A stretch of 64,000 nucleotides of DNA from the human T2T-CHM13v2.0 reference genome, Homo sapiens (GCF_009914755.1 NC_060934.1), one strand, 5' to 3'. Numbered from the stretch's first letter, positions 1 through 13,589 are shown. A program made the numbers and translations. The notes: generated by a model from the sequence alone, not told the origin.

Positions 1-443
1 TAAAATGCAACAGCTTTAAATCCTATTGACCCAATGGATATTACCTACAAGTCAGGCTCTGTACAAACCCATTCAGAATGCTCCAGCTGACAGTGCAGTA
101 TTTTATGCCAATCAAATTATGTTATTGTGATAGAACATGATATGGATTTTTAAGAAAAAAATGATCCAATACAAAACTGTTATATACTTGGCCCTCATCC
201 CCATGATCACAAATCCCAGAATTTCAAGAAAATTTGGCCAACTGAAGTAAATTGTAAATTGTGTTTACACTGTCACATAGGTGGCATCACTATAGCTAAG
301 ACACAAAGTATTCTCTGTGTATTGTCAAGATTATCCTGAAATACCATAATTTTTAAAAGTTTTCAGGACATATCTATTTATCTAATGTTATATATATTTA
401 AATAAAATATCTATACTATTTTAATATATACCTTAATTTTCTC

Positions 444-911
444 TGCTATGTGTTTAATTCTGTCACGTAAAAAAGAGACACGAAAATTGTAACCCCCAGC
501 ACCTTAGAATGTGAACTTATTTGAAAATGGAATCATCACAGAGGTAATCTGGTTGAAATGAGCTCATTAGGATAGACGGTAATCCAATATGACTGGGCTA
601 CTTATAGAAAAGAGAAAATTTGGACACAGATAGACACATAGAGGGAAGATGATGAAGATACACAGAGAGAATGCCACTGAAGATGGAGGTAGAGATTGCA
701 ATTATGTTGCCACAAACCAAGGAACATCTGGGATTGCCAGAAGCAGGAAGAGGCAAAGAAGTAACCTTCTCTACAGGTGTTAGAGGGAGCATGGCCCATC
801 AATCCCTTGATTTCACACTTCTAGCCTTTAGAACTATGAAACAAAACTTTTCCCTTGTTCTAAGACATCTAATGTATAATACTTTGCTATTGCAGCCATA
901 GGAAGCTATAC
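444..911 (+). mobile_element. MaLR LTR (MLT1B/C-like)
   Basis: Typical motifs: taatccaatatgactgg, gccacaaaccaaggaacatctgggattgccagaagc, ctagcctttagaactatga. Confidence 0.8.
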
Positions 912-1024
912 CTTCTTTCCTTCACTATTAAAAATTTTATTGTTCTCTTTCAACTCCTTTGACATCATGTCTATTCCTTTATAACTAAAGTCAATGATTA
1001 ATTAAAGAATAATATCTCTTTCTA

Positions 1025-1165
1025 AGTGTAAGGTTGTGTTCCAACTGTCTTACATACATTAATTCATTTAATTCTTACAACAACCCTGTGAAGTAAATAC
1101 TATTATTTTGCTTTTTACAGATGAGAAAGCAGAATTGCAGGAATGTTAAATCATTTCCTCAAGTA
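1025..1165 (-). mobile_element. MIR SINE fragment
   Basis: MIR core cttacaacaaccctgtgaagt...tttacagatgagaaa. Confidence 0.75.
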
Positions 1166-1811
1166 AAAACACAAAATTGTTTTTGGTTAAGCAACTTTCG
1201 TTTGTCTGTCTTTTGTATTTATGCTGATTTTACTTTGCTCAATATGTTAGAAAGCACTCAGGAATAAATGTGATTTACATTGAATCTGGGTTGCTTAATC
1301 AAAGTAGTTACAATTTCTTAGGCATAAATATCTAGATATGGGAAGTTCCACAATCTTATTATAGTTCACATTGTTCTCTTGCTCAAAAAAAAAAAATATT
1401 TTGTGTGAGGACCTACTGAAAAGAATTGAGGAAGAAAATAAACACAATTTTCTATTCAAGAGGCTGTTTCTTTCTGCCCTTCCTATGTTTTGATATGTCC
1501 TGGACAGAATTGTGACGAAAGCAGCAAAAGCTTCCTCAGTGCATGCTTAGTGTATTTCTTTATACATTTATGTTAAATGTACCAATCAATTCAAAATAGA
1601 ATTGATTGGTACCAAAACATTTTATCCATTTCACTTACTCATTTTCAAAAGATGCTAAAATAATATTTTATAGTGAACCAGTGTGGTCAAAAACACTCTT
1701 TTTATATAGCTTTCACACATGAGTAATGATTTTGGACATATCAAAATTCATTTCAATTAATAATTGCATTCCACTTAGGTTTACAAATCATTTACAAAAG
1801 TTTTTCAATAC

Positions 1812-2314
1812 TGTACAGAATCTGAGATTTTGCCCTATGTTCAAACAAGAATTTAATCTGCCACAATATCAAGAATGTTGGCAGAAGACTAAGGCTTCTG
1901 TGTAGAGACAAAGGATTTTATTACTCCCAGAAATAGCAATAGTCAGATTATTAACATTTTCTTGTGCTGGTTCTTTAGGCCCTAATTCCCATAGGGCTAC
2001 ATGACAAAAAATAATAATAGGTGCCTCTACAGTGGGCTATATTACCAGAGAGGAACACTAAAGTCAAGGATCATGGATGTTTTATAATGAACAGTAAACA
2101 TGCTGTACATTTGCCCTGAAGGGAGATTACATCTCTATCATCCAAAACTGTAAGCAAACATGCCCTTTACTGTAGAAAAAGAGATCATCTGTGTTTTCCA
2201 TGGACAGTCTCCATAGAAACATCTTTGAAAAAAGAATTAAGAACAAAAACATTTATTTCCTCTGCTTGAAAGACATGCAGAAACACAAGAAGCCTATGAA
2301 TAATTGTCTCCCAT
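1812..2314 (-). mobile_element. ERVL-class solo LTR (LTR40-like)
   Basis: Minus strand starts tatgggagacaattattcataggcttcttgtgtttctgcatgtc; contains gagacaaaggattttattactc. Confidence 0.6.
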
Positions 2315-2464
2315 AAAAGGCATGCAATTAACTCTTCCTAAGTGATCATTAAAAATAAACTATTTAGCTTAGTTATGGATACTTAGTAATATATTCAATT
2401 AAATCCATAAACAATTCTGGAATCAATACCAATAATGCCAACAAATAAACATGCCTAACAGGAG

Positions 2465-2854
2465 TGTCTTGGTCCACTTTTGCTGCTATAACAAAATATG
2501 GAATGGGTAATTTATAAAGAGCAGAAACTTATTTCTCACAGTTCTGGGAGCTAGGAAGTCCAAGATCAAGGCATTCACAGAATTTGCTTTCGTATAAGGG
2601 CTAGTCTAGTCTTTGCTTCTAAATTGGCTTATTGGGAGGAGAGAGGAATGCTGTGTCCTCACATAGTAGAAGGCAGGAGAGCAAACAACCTGAACACTTT
2701 AAGAAGATTCTTTTACTAAATCCTTAATTATATTCACAAGAGTAGGAGCTCTAATGATCTAACTACCTCTTAAAGCCATACCTCTTAATACGCTTAGATT
2801 GGCCATTAAGCTTGAACACCTAAATATTAGAGACAACACATGCAAACTATAGCA
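2465..2854 (-). mobile_element. MaLR solo LTR (MST/MLT1A-type)
   Basis: TG...CA ends, gggtaatttataaag...ggaagtccaagatcaaggc, near-TSD AGGAG/AAGAG. Confidence 0.8.
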
Positions 2855-2949
2855 AAGAGTAAGAACTGGGAAGCAAAACAAGACTACATGATAAACAACA
2901 GATGACGAAAAGGGAGCAAATTAAATGAACATCCAGTGGTTGCCACTGG

Positions 2950-3392
2950 GTCTTCCACTTCTAGTCCATGTGTGGTAAGAGGAATAGGAACTACACTTTC
3001 ACCAGAAATGACTAAAAAACTAGAGAAATAAATTAAACAATTGTTATCAGACATTGTACATCAGGTGATGTGGGATGGAGATTTCTGGGGAAGAGAATAA
3101 TAATGAAGTGATCCTTATGATTGCTTCACCTTACTTCCTGGAGATAGTCTGCAGGCTGTGACTCAGGGTCACAGAACACCAAGCTCAGAAGTTCCTTTGA
3201 ATTGAGGAGATGGCACAAGAAAACCAGGGAGGTGCAAAGTAACATGAAGAAATGGTTTCTGGTGGAGATGGATATGTTTGTTTTCATGGGTTGTGATGAT
3301 GATTTCATGGGTGTATAGATATATGAACACTAATCTAACTGTACACTTTAAATAAGTGTAGTTAACTGTATTCCATACAGCTTTAAATAAAA
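2950..3392 (+). mobile_element. Old L1M fragments (5' UTR-like part joined to an L1MC/ME 3' end)
   Basis: 3' motif gtgatgatgatttcatgggtgtata...aactgtacactttaaata. Confidence 0.5.
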
Positions 3393-3437
3393 TGATGAAA
3401 ATTATACAAACGGTTTATGTGATTAGTTTGGAAATAG

Positions 3438-4332
3438 TGATAGTGGCAGGAGAAAGACAAACTCCTAGGCAGATAGGGATGGGTCCTCAATGAAACCTGA
3501 CCTTCAAGCCAAAGAGCCTGAAGCCTGAAAACTGAGCCACCAGTTCTGGGTGGAGTCCAGGACCTGAGTGAGAACTTCCTCTATGCCTTTTAGCTAATCA
3601 AATGGTGCTTTTTATAGGCCCACCCACAGACTCCTTAGCACACATTCCCCCATTCTAAGCCCATACAAACCCTGGACTCAGCCTCGCAGAGGGCTACCTG
3701 CTTTCAGTCCCTCTCTCACACAGAAGGCTAACCACTTTGGGTCCCCTCTCATTATCGAGAGCTTTTCTGTCACTCAATAAAATTCTTCTCTGCCTTGCTT
3801 GCTCTCTAGTGTCTGTCCACCTCATTCCTCTTGGTTGTGGGACAACAATTTGGAACCTCCCAAAAGGTGGGTGTGAAAAGAGCTGTAACACGCGTTCCTG
3901 CTCACCAAGCTACAGGAGTGAAAAAAACTGCTGAACGCCACACAACCCCATTCACCAAGCTGTGGGCAGCAGGAACAGGTGAGGACTGCAACATCTCCTG
4001 GGGGCTCGGACCTTGGGGCTCCCCAAGCAAAAGCTGTAACTCTCCCTGGGCCTCTGTCATTGCTGGCATCTCCTAGTTTTCAGACACCTTTGTGTCCCCC
4101 TCTTCCGGATGCCAGGGCCCAAGGCAGAAGCTGGTTGCAGCATGCCCAGACCAGCCTCTTGGCTGAACGCAGAGCCACAGCTGGCACAGGATTCTGGTGT
4201 AGCATGAGCTGACTTAAGCCTGCCAGGCCAAGTGGGTGGAGCCAGCCATGTGGGCCTGAGGAAAGCCCAGGCAGAGGTGCCAGCAGCAGAGAATTTTCAC
4301 TGGCAAAGTGGCACTAAAAGAATCCTGTGTCA
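3438..4332 (+). mobile_element. ERV1 solo LTR (LTR1/LTR27/LTR28 family), 895 bp
   Basis: TG...CA termini, perfect 4-bp TSD ATAG (3434-3437 / 4333-4336), internal AATAAA near 3776. Confidence 0.85.
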
Positions 4333-4498
4333 ATAGTAAAAGTACATAGACAGGTTTTATTTTGTAAGATTTAAAATTAAAATGTATTTATTATATTTCA
4401 CTTTTAAATGATCTTAGTTTAGATTATATATGTGTATATATCTACATGTCTTGGTTTAGATTACACACACACACCATATACACAAACACACACACACA

Positions 4499-4852
4499 AT
4501 GGACTGAATGTTTGTGTCGCCCCTAAAATTCATATGCTGGAGCCTTCATCACCAATGTGATAGATTTGGAGATGTAGCCTTTGGAAGGCAATTAAGTTTA
4601 GATGAGTTCATGAGAATAGATCCCCATGATGGGATTAATGACCTTATAAAAAGAAGAGACATGAGATATCTCTCTGCATGCATGCTTCAAGGAAAGGCTA
4701 TGTGAGGACCTAATCTGAAAGGCCATCACCAAGAAACCAGCCATGATGGCATCCTATCAGACTTTCAGTTTCCAGATCTATGAGGAATAAATGTTTGCTG
4801 TTTAAGCCACCCAGTCAACAGTATTTGTTATAGCACCCCTAACTGACCAAGA
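4499..4852 (+). mobile_element. MaLR LTR (MLT1A-like), preceded by (CA)n
   Basis: atggactgaatgtttgtgtc...gggattaatgaccttataaaaaga...tttaagccacccagtc. Confidence 0.8.
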
Positions 4853-5787
4853 AAATATATTTTTAAACCAAGTTTAGATTAAAAAAATATTTTTTTTATC
4901 CTGCCAAAAGTCATTTTAATGAGATTGTCATGATGGCTTTAGGAAAAAGATGAAATGCATATAGATGTATTATGGAATTTCTGAAGCATTGTACTATGAG
5001 GAACTTTGAAGTAAGAGTAAGTAGTAAAAATGCGCAATTTCTGTCCTACGTGAAATTATATCAGACAACCTCTGCTTACACTTATAATACATGAGTGAGT
5101 TTTAAACTCCTCATAATACACTGGTCTTAGAGACCAAGAAAGCATGATTCCTGTGATTCATCTGGGCTTAGACTGAATTTTTATTGTTGCTATTTACCTT
5201 CTCCCTTAATTATATATAATTATGCTGTATTGTGTTTAACAAATGACACCTGACACATCACAGGATAAAAGTCATCCAGATCTGGGTCACTGGAGCTGAG
5301 TAGGGTAGACTCAGCTGCATGTGGTGGTAAGAAGTCTCAGTTCAGCCAAAAGAACAAACAAACAAACAAAACGTTCAAACCTTCAGTTTACAATAGCAGG
5401 TGGTAGCACTTACCCAAATATGGGCAGAAAGCGGTGGCAATGCATCCAAAAGTAAATGGGCCAAAATTTACTAAATATAGCATCAAAACTCTGACTAAAA
5501 ATAGTAGAGCTACAGCCTAGCCCTTTCAAATAAGTGAGGCTGTAAAATCTTTACAATGACCCATTCCTGGGTTTTTTTGTTTTGTTTTGTTTTTTGTCTA
5601 GGGGACTAGACAGAAGTTCATTTAGCAATGGTAGACTCAGCACTGGCTTGTCACTAATTTCTTTGATGTCAATGTTTTTCATTACTTTTGCTCCAGGTGA
5701 GAATAACTTTTAGAAATGAGATAGGATGAAGCAGAGTATGGGACCAAACCATGCATGGCTGGGGGAATCAAGATGGTAAAATGAATG

Positions 5788-5958
5788 GAATTGTTCTCAA
5801 ATTTCAGGTGTTGAACAATTACTTGGAAGACATTGTAAGAATTCAGACTCCCATTCCTACCCCTTTTCAGAGTCTGACTCACTAGATCTAAACTGGGACC
5901 CAGGAAACTGTACTTAAATAAGTTTGTTGCATAACTGAAGACCATATTTTGGTAAATG
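5788..5958. mobile_element. MER5-type hAT-Charlie DNA transposon remnant
   Basis: ttctcaaa...cagagtctgactcactagatct...gggacccaggaaactg. Confidence 0.55.
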
Positions 5959-5959
5959 T

Positions 5960-6170
5960 GGTCAGTGGTTAGGAGGTGGACTTTGAAACCAGGCAGGCTT
6001 CATGATTGAATCCCAAACTGTGTCATACCTTAGCTATGTAAATATAAGCAGATCATGATACTGAAACTAAGTCTTCAGTAAAAGTAGGTAATTACCTTAT
6101 CTCAAAAAGTTCTGGTGAAGAGTAAATGTAAATTATTATGACTAGAGCATGACACATATTTACTTGTAAT
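5960..6170 (+). mobile_element. MIR SINE
   Basis: gtggttaggag...ttgaatcccaaactgtgtc...agctatgt tRNA-derived head. Confidence 0.6.
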
Positions 6171-7242
6171 AACAGAGCTCTCTTACTGTTATTAAAGAAC
6201 TAAGGACATGGCGAAGCCTGACAAAAATTGGTAGTGAAATAATTATAAAATATTCCATCCTCATTCTGATTGGTGGGGTGAATTTTAACATTTAGTTTAA
6301 AAAACATTAATATGCTTTATAAGACATATATAATGAATCAAGGGGGGTTAGAAAACTGGGGTGAGAGGTGTAGCAAATAGGGAACTCTTAGACAAATAGT
6401 TCAAATTTTTCTGAGAATGGCACAGTAAGGAAATTGGGTTTATAGCTAAAGATGTAACCAAAATAATTTTAGTGAAACAACCATGTAAAAAATGAATTTG
6501 AAAGAAAAATGTAAAGAAAATGATAAATTAAAAAATTTGCCTCATAAAGAAAATAGAAAAGTTCTAAATGTTTTATCAAATAAAAATTAGTATTTTATAG
6601 ATGTTCTTTGTATCCATTTCCTAGAGAATGAAAATCAAACTTAAGCTAGCATGCAGTTATGCAAATTATGGTAAGAATTCTGAAAAAATCTGTTAATAAG
6701 TAAATAAAATGGAAATAATTGACTATATATAACCAAATGTTTAAAAGTTTTTGAAAATAAAAATTGAATTGTTGTTATACTAAGAATATTTGTAAAAACT
6801 GTAATACTTCAAATAACTCTATTTTTTAAACAGAACTGATGAAAGTTTTTATTTATTTTAATCATGTATCATGGTCATTGGTGAGGTCAAACTTGTATTT
6901 GTTTTTTTATAAAGGTAGGTTTCAATGCCAGCAACTTTTTTTCTATAGTCAACGTAAGTTGATATGTTTTTCAGGTACACTAGAAAAAGTTTCACTGAAA
7001 CACCTCTGAAGACAAGAGGTCCTTTTTTTCTCTATTACTTGTGGCATAATTGCCACTTAATATTTACTCCAAATCATGTGTGCTAAACTATTGGCAATGC
7101 TAATGTAGTATTGATTATTTTACTTCTCTGTGTTTCTAAATCCTACAAACTAGTAAACTATGTCAAGCAACAAAGAAAAATTTTTTCCAAGTAACAATAA
7201 TAATAATAAACAAACAAACACCTGGGGATAAAAGATTCATTT

Positions 7243-7409
7243 TGGTTGGTTCCAAGTCTTTGCTATTATAAATAGTGCTGCAATAAACATATATGTGTCT
7301 TTATACTAAAATGATTTATAATCCTTTGGATATATATCCAATAATGGGATTGTTGGGTCATATGGTATTTCCGGTACTAAATCCCAGAACATAAAGTAAA
7401 ATTTTTTAA
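7243..7409 (+). mobile_element. Tiny 5'-inverted L1PA insertion
   Basis: Antisense L1 segment 7243-7385 plus sense terminus cccagaacataaagtaaaa; 13-bp TSD AAAAGATTCATTT at 7230-7242 and 7410-7422. Confidence 0.85.
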
Positions 7410-7845
7410 AAAAGATTCATTTAATCAACTATATGATACAGAGTTTTTGAAATAAAAATTATAATGAATATAAATTCAGGTAAGTGGAAACAAATGGACT
7501 GTATTTTTTAAGTAGCCTTCATTTTTCAGAGCAGTTTTAGTTTCATAGCAAAATTGAGCAGAGAAGATACTAAGACTTTTATTTTTCTTTCTCAGTAAGA
7601 GAATAAACTGACATACTTATACAAGCAGCCACGTACACACCTTCAAGTTCTTTCCTCTACTCTTTGCTCATTTTATCTCCTGGCTAAATGTCACTTTTTC
7701 TATCACTTATCACCTCATAATTCTTGGTGATTTAAGTCTTCATATCGATGATACTTCTATATCTTGGTCTTTCTCATCTTATCCTTCTTCTTACCTCAGC
7801 TATTTATTATCATAAGCATACCTCTATTTTAAAAAATTAAGCATT

Positions 7846-8015
7846 TTTTAAAAATTTTAATTGACAAGTAAAAATTGTATATATTTATGGAGTACAATAT
7901 GATGTTTTCATATATGTATACACTGTAGAATAGCTAAATCAAGCTGTGTAATATAGGCATTATCTCAAATACTTATTTTTTGTGGTGAACACAATTAAAA
8001 TCTACTCATTTAGAA
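7846..8015 (-). mobile_element. L1MA 3' end fragment
   Basis: taattgacaagtaaaaattgtatatatttatggagtacaat. Confidence 0.7.
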
Positions 8016-8019
8016 GCTC

Positions 8020-8330
8020 GATAATGCTATGATAACAATCTCAACTAAATCTCAGTGGCTTACCACAACACAATATTATTTCTTTTCTCACAAAATATCA
8101 TTGATCCAAGATTCTCCAGGGAATCTTCCTCTATGTAGTGGTTCACCATTCTAGAACACTACATCTAGTAGCACGACTTTTTTGTTCAACATGACACTTC
8201 AGGTTTTGCTGTATCAAGGAAACAGAGCATAGAGAATTGGTTTATAAAGACTTCTGCCCAGAAGTCATATTGCTCTCAATACATTGGCCACGCAAATCAC
8301 ATGGCCATGACTATCTCCAAGAGGAAACTT
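8020..8330 (-). mobile_element. Old MaLR LTR (MLT1I/J/K-like)
   Basis: aaatctcagtggcttaccacaaca...cattggccac..aaatcacatggcca. Confidence 0.55.
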
Positions 8331-8879
8331 TTTAATCTTTTCTTGGTCAAAACTATTCTCTCATTAAATTCAGTTCTTAGCCTACAATGTACCTGCTCCT
8401 ATACAGCGTAACAGAGCAAACAGTTCTAATATTAGACCTAGTTCATTGCTATGAACCTCAGATAGGCTCTTAGTGCCAACACACAATTTTACTACATTTT
8501 CATGGTCCAATAATTCTTAACTCTCCTAGACAACACCTTCGGACTTTCTCTCTTCTCAAATCTCCATCACATCCTTTCAGTTCTTATTCTCAGCTGATAA
8601 ACCATCCATCCTCCAGGACAACTTTTTTTTTCCTTTTCTTGCAGAGTATAACACATATAATATAAATATGTGAAAAGCTGGTGGCATTTTGTATTCACTG
8701 GAAAAATAAAAGCCAGCAGAAGAGGCATTCCATTAGTACCTACCACACCAGCCTCTCCTCTACTATATCTCCTTCATTATCAACTTCTTTTTCATTGAGT
8801 TTTCCTTTTCTCTCCTATCTTTAAAGGTTGTACTCCTTCTAGTTTTTGTAATTTTTTTCCTTTGTTCTGTGCTCATTCC

Positions 8880-9840
8880 CTGTACTCTAATGGTTACAAA
8901 TAAGATCTGTTTAAAGAACCACCAGAAATTTATATTTCCAGTCTGAACATCACCTGTGATCTCCAGACTTGTGAATGCAACTGCCTAATTATCCCTTTGA
9001 ATTTCTATTTGGCATTGCGAACCTAATCCATCCAAAATTAAACACCCAATATCTGGCTCAGATCTCCATTCCAAATTATTCTTCTACCACTCAGTATTAG
9101 GTAACTCTATCTTCCCAGTTCCTCAGAACAAAAGACTTTGGAGATGTCCTTGACATATCACTTTTTCCGACACTCTGCATCTAATCAATAAGGAAACAAT
9201 GTTGGCTCTACCTTTAAATTCTATCCATAATCTCACCATTTATCTCCATTTCTGTCACCAACACCTTGACCCAGATCATAACCTCCTAAAAAATTTTCCT
9301 TCTTCATCCTGTTATCCTCAGGTCTATTTTCCATACAGAAGCCAAAATCATCCTCTTGAAATGTAAATCAGATAATGTTATTCAAAACTCTACCATGACA
9401 TGCATCTCTCTCAGAGTAATAGGTAAAGCCCTTATAATGGCATACAAGGTCCTATGCAATCAAGCTGCGTATGTTACTATTTCTCACATTTCTAACTCTG
9501 CATCATTCCCACTGGTTTTCATATGGTTTCTCAAATGCACTAAAATCTCTTCCATATAGTCCTTTGTATTTGCTTTTATCTTGGCCTGGAATAGTTATTC
9601 CCATATATCCAAATGCCTCCCTTACTCACTTTCTTCAGGTCTTTGTACTACTGTCACTTCATCAGAGCAGCATTCTCTGACTCTATTTAAATATTTTTCT
9701 AACCAACACCACAACCAATGACACTCCCCTTTCTCCCACTGGTACTCCATGTTCTTCGTCTCTGCTGTATTTTTATTCGTAGCACTTTTGCCATTATACT
9801 TCATTTATTGGTTTGTTTCAACATCTGCACTAGAATGTAA
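8880..9840 (+). mobile_element. L2 LINE 3' region
   Basis: ctccagacttgtg..caactgccta, ttggagatgtccttgac, tgttggctctaccttt, ctagaatgtaa. Confidence 0.75.
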
Positions 9841-11269
9841 TCAAAGGAATGCTGCAAGAGAAGACAAATTCTGAACACATAACTACCAATGAGAGTTTAG
9901 GTTAATGAGCTCCTAGTATTAGCAGATGATAGAAGAAATGAAATAAGCGTGTAGAATATGAAAGAAAAATATCATAGTACTACAATTGTATCTTGGTTCA
10001 ATATTTGTCTACTGAAATTCATTTTTAAAGTTATAAATCATGTACAAAGTGTTGAAAAAGAAAATGGAATCTGAAGTCCAACACTATGGTGCACTAATAC
10101 TTAGTCTTTATTTTACACAGTTTCCTGCACTTTGTAGTATTTATTTAGGCAGAAGAAATTTGGAGCAAAGCTTTGTAGCGAAGCTTTCTGGCAATTTAAA
10201 AAAGAATGTGAGTTTGTAGAAAAGAAAACCTGGCATTTTCTGTGTCTGACTTCATTAACAATTCTGAGAGCAATCTTTCATCTGAATTATTTTTATAAAT
10301 TGCTACTGGGAAAAGTACTTGCTTTTATGCTTGTGATTGCCAAGCAAGCACATCCCTAGATGCTGCATAAATGAGCAGAGTCGAATTTAAAACAGAGTTG
10401 ATGTGAATCAAGCGTGCCAAACGTTATGCTCAGCTGAGGAGGCCCCCATTCATGCAGCGCAACCTGGTCTATCATCATTTGGCGGGGAGACCTCACATTC
10501 CTCCACACCTGGCTTTTGCTGATGATAACAAGCCAGATTCTCCTCAGCAGGACCATTCCTTGCTGAGCAGCTAGAAAGAAAAATGTTCGGTGGGTAAATT
10601 TATCTTTGGGCTTTCCAAAAGTACCTCAATGTGCTTTATATTCCTTCATTACTGCTTGGCATCACCGTACTCACTCTTTCTCCCTAGATGAAATCCAGCT
10701 TCTAGATTATCCATATTCATGAAGTATAAAAGAGCAAACTTGGCCTAAGTTAGTGTTTTTTCTTTAAAAGTTTTAAGAAAAACATTTTACATTCTGAAGA
10801 TAAAATCTTAAGCATCAATGCATGACTTGTGGATCATATGGAGTCAGAGGAAAATATCATCTTCTGCCCTTAAATATCATACTTCATAGATTCTCAGAAC
10901 TTTGGGGGGCAATTCTACCAAATGTCTGATTCCCCACAGTGGAGTCAGCCTTTCTTAGCTAAAGACTTTCATTGTAGTTATGCTAGAAATGTGCAATAGG
11001 AACTAAAGGGTTCTATTTTCAGGAGGAAAATTCAAGGGAGGAAATCTGAGGGTGTATGTTCTTATTTCTCCTAAGGCCAAAGGTGAGAACTGAGTTTAAT
11101 ATAACAACAAGAAAAAAATCCACTTTTACTCACACACACAAAAAATAAGTTTCAAGAAGATGCCTAGGAAAGTAATAGTTTTACTGTTAGCAATTCTATT
11201 AAGGTATATGACTAAGTGCTGAATATTCGGCTTTTTAAAGAACAGCTTTTCTATTTAGACTTGATTGGA

Positions 11270-11490
11270 ACGCACAGCATAGGAAGAAAAAACAAACTAA
11301 GACACTAAAGTCAGTCTTGAGTTTAAATCCCTGCTTCATCACTTAGCCACTTTGAAGACGATACTTAATATCTCTGAGCCTCAGTTTCCCTATCTTTAAG
11401 ATAAAGTATCAAAATTTAAACTACTGACAAAGAGATGAAATGTACTTAACATAGTATATAGCATGCATTAATTAATGTTAGTAATGACAT
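11270..11490 (+). mobile_element. MIR SINE
   Basis: tctctgagcctcagtttccctatct core. Confidence 0.7.
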
Positions 11491-12421
11491 TTGTAATTTC
11501 TAGTTATTAAGACAAAAATAAAGAATGGTGAATTTTGCATATTACCTTACAGGATCATTATTTACAGGATGAATAAGACAGAAGAAAATAAGAAGGAACA
11601 CAAGGGTTAGTAGCCTGGGAGTTCTCCACAGGAAATAAACATTTGTATATTCTTATTCCTGTAATTCCATGGCCTTAGTTTCCCATGTCCTGCAGTTCCT
11701 CTTTCTGTTCACTCCACTCCCTGATCTCTTTTATAAATGTTGTTATTGATCGTACTTGAAAATGTAATTTTTGAAATTAATTGACCCATCAGCGCAATTT
11801 CGAATATAAAACATTTACAAATGCACAAAAGCAAGACAAAATAGCATTATTGGTAGTTTGCAAATATGAGATAAAGAAACGAATTTTAAAACTCGTGGTT
11901 GAAAGTCCCATTTGAGCTTCATATGACACGTTACATCACGAAAGTATAGAATGACCCTGAAAATTCAGAGTGACCATGAATTTTCAAAAGAAAGAAAGAA
12001 AGAAAGAAACTCTAAAGACAATGTTTTTCTTAACAGTATACTTGAAAAAAATAGCCTGTTAAAAAGTTTTATTGGTAGGTGGAAATTCTGGCCTGTATGG
12101 TAAAGTGTTCTCATAGAGTTTGGAAAAATCTTACTGATATAATTATGTGTTTTATTTCTCACAGTTGAGAGACAAGAAATTGGCTAGCAAAAAAATTCTC
12201 ACCCAATAATTCCTAATGTGTACACATTTCACATTCCAATTCTCCATAAAAAATTGAATGACATGTAAATATTTAATAATGATTGTCTGGGGACTTTTTG
12301 TACAGTTCTTCAGGATTATGGAAGTTTTTTGAACATTGTGATTTATTTTCAGCTATTCTTATAATTCCACTGAAATTTTCAGTAAGACATAGTATACAAA
12401 AAAATAAGAATTAAAAAATAA

Positions 12422-12717
12422 GGCCAGGTGCAGTGGCTAATACCTGTAATACCAGGACTTTGGGAGGCCTAGGTGGGCAGATCACTTGAGCTCAGAAATT
12501 CCAGACTAGCCTAGGCAGCTTGAAGAAAGCGTCTCTACCAAAAATACAAAAATTAGCCCAGTGTGGTGGCACACACCTGTAGTGCCAGCTACTCACAAAG
12601 CTGAGGTGGGAGCATCACTTGAGCCCAGGAGGAGGAGGTTGCAGTGAGACGAGATCACGCCACTGCACTCCAGCCTGAGCCAGAGCGAGACTCTATCAAA
12701 AAAAAAAAAAAAAAAAA
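12422..12717 (+). mobile_element. AluJ (Jb-like)
   Basis: Dimeric Alu, gatcacttgagc J diagnostics, poly(A) tail. Confidence 0.9.
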
Positions 12718-13589
12718 GTGGGACTACATTTTCTGACACCTACAAAAATAGAGGGAAAGCTGTTCTTATCAATGTTAGGAATTACAACTCCCACCTAGAA
12801 TAATGACGTTCTGGTGTTAAAAGTCTTATTCAGTCTCAAAGTTCAATTTGCAACTCTTGCTTAAGTAAATCTTTACAAATTCAGATTGACTCTTGAAGGA
12901 ATAGGCCATCTATGCCACTGAAGGTATAAACTGGTCCCAGCTCTGTCTCTATTCAACTGTGTGGTGATAGAAGGTTATTATCTTTGACATTTATGTCTTA
13001 GTTTGTTTATCCATCAGATAAAATGTCTGTAAGATACTCCAGTACTTAAATTCTAGGACCTTCTGAACCTGAGAATTGGAACATTCACTATCAACAACAA
13101 ACATCTCTTTAGGAGTGTGATATGTCAGTGAGAGCAGCTGCCTCCACAGTGATGAGTGCAGATGTGGAGAGATGACCTCCATCTGGAAGTTCAGCAGGTC
13201 GTCTTCCCAACAGAGCCCTTTCTAAATAGCTGTTTGTGTGCATTTCTCACTAGCCTCCCTTAGCAACCCTTGAACATCAAGGTCAAGAAAAGATACACTT
13301 GACCCATCCATTTCCACTGCCAGCAACCAAGGCAAGGGTATCACTAGAGAAGGATGAAAGACAAGCTTGACAGCCACAGTCTGAGATTGTCTAGGGTAGA
13401 GCAACTGCATCCACCTCCTCCAGTCGCAAGGGACTTAATTTAAGAACAGATTCTATTCTGTTTCTTCCTGTCAGCTCTTTTATCCTATCATATTTGTTAC
13501 TTTCAATATGCCACCTGATGCCACGTGAAGTATTGGAGGAATGTCAAAACACAGACTAGATAAATTCTGTCAAATAGGGTCGGCCATAG

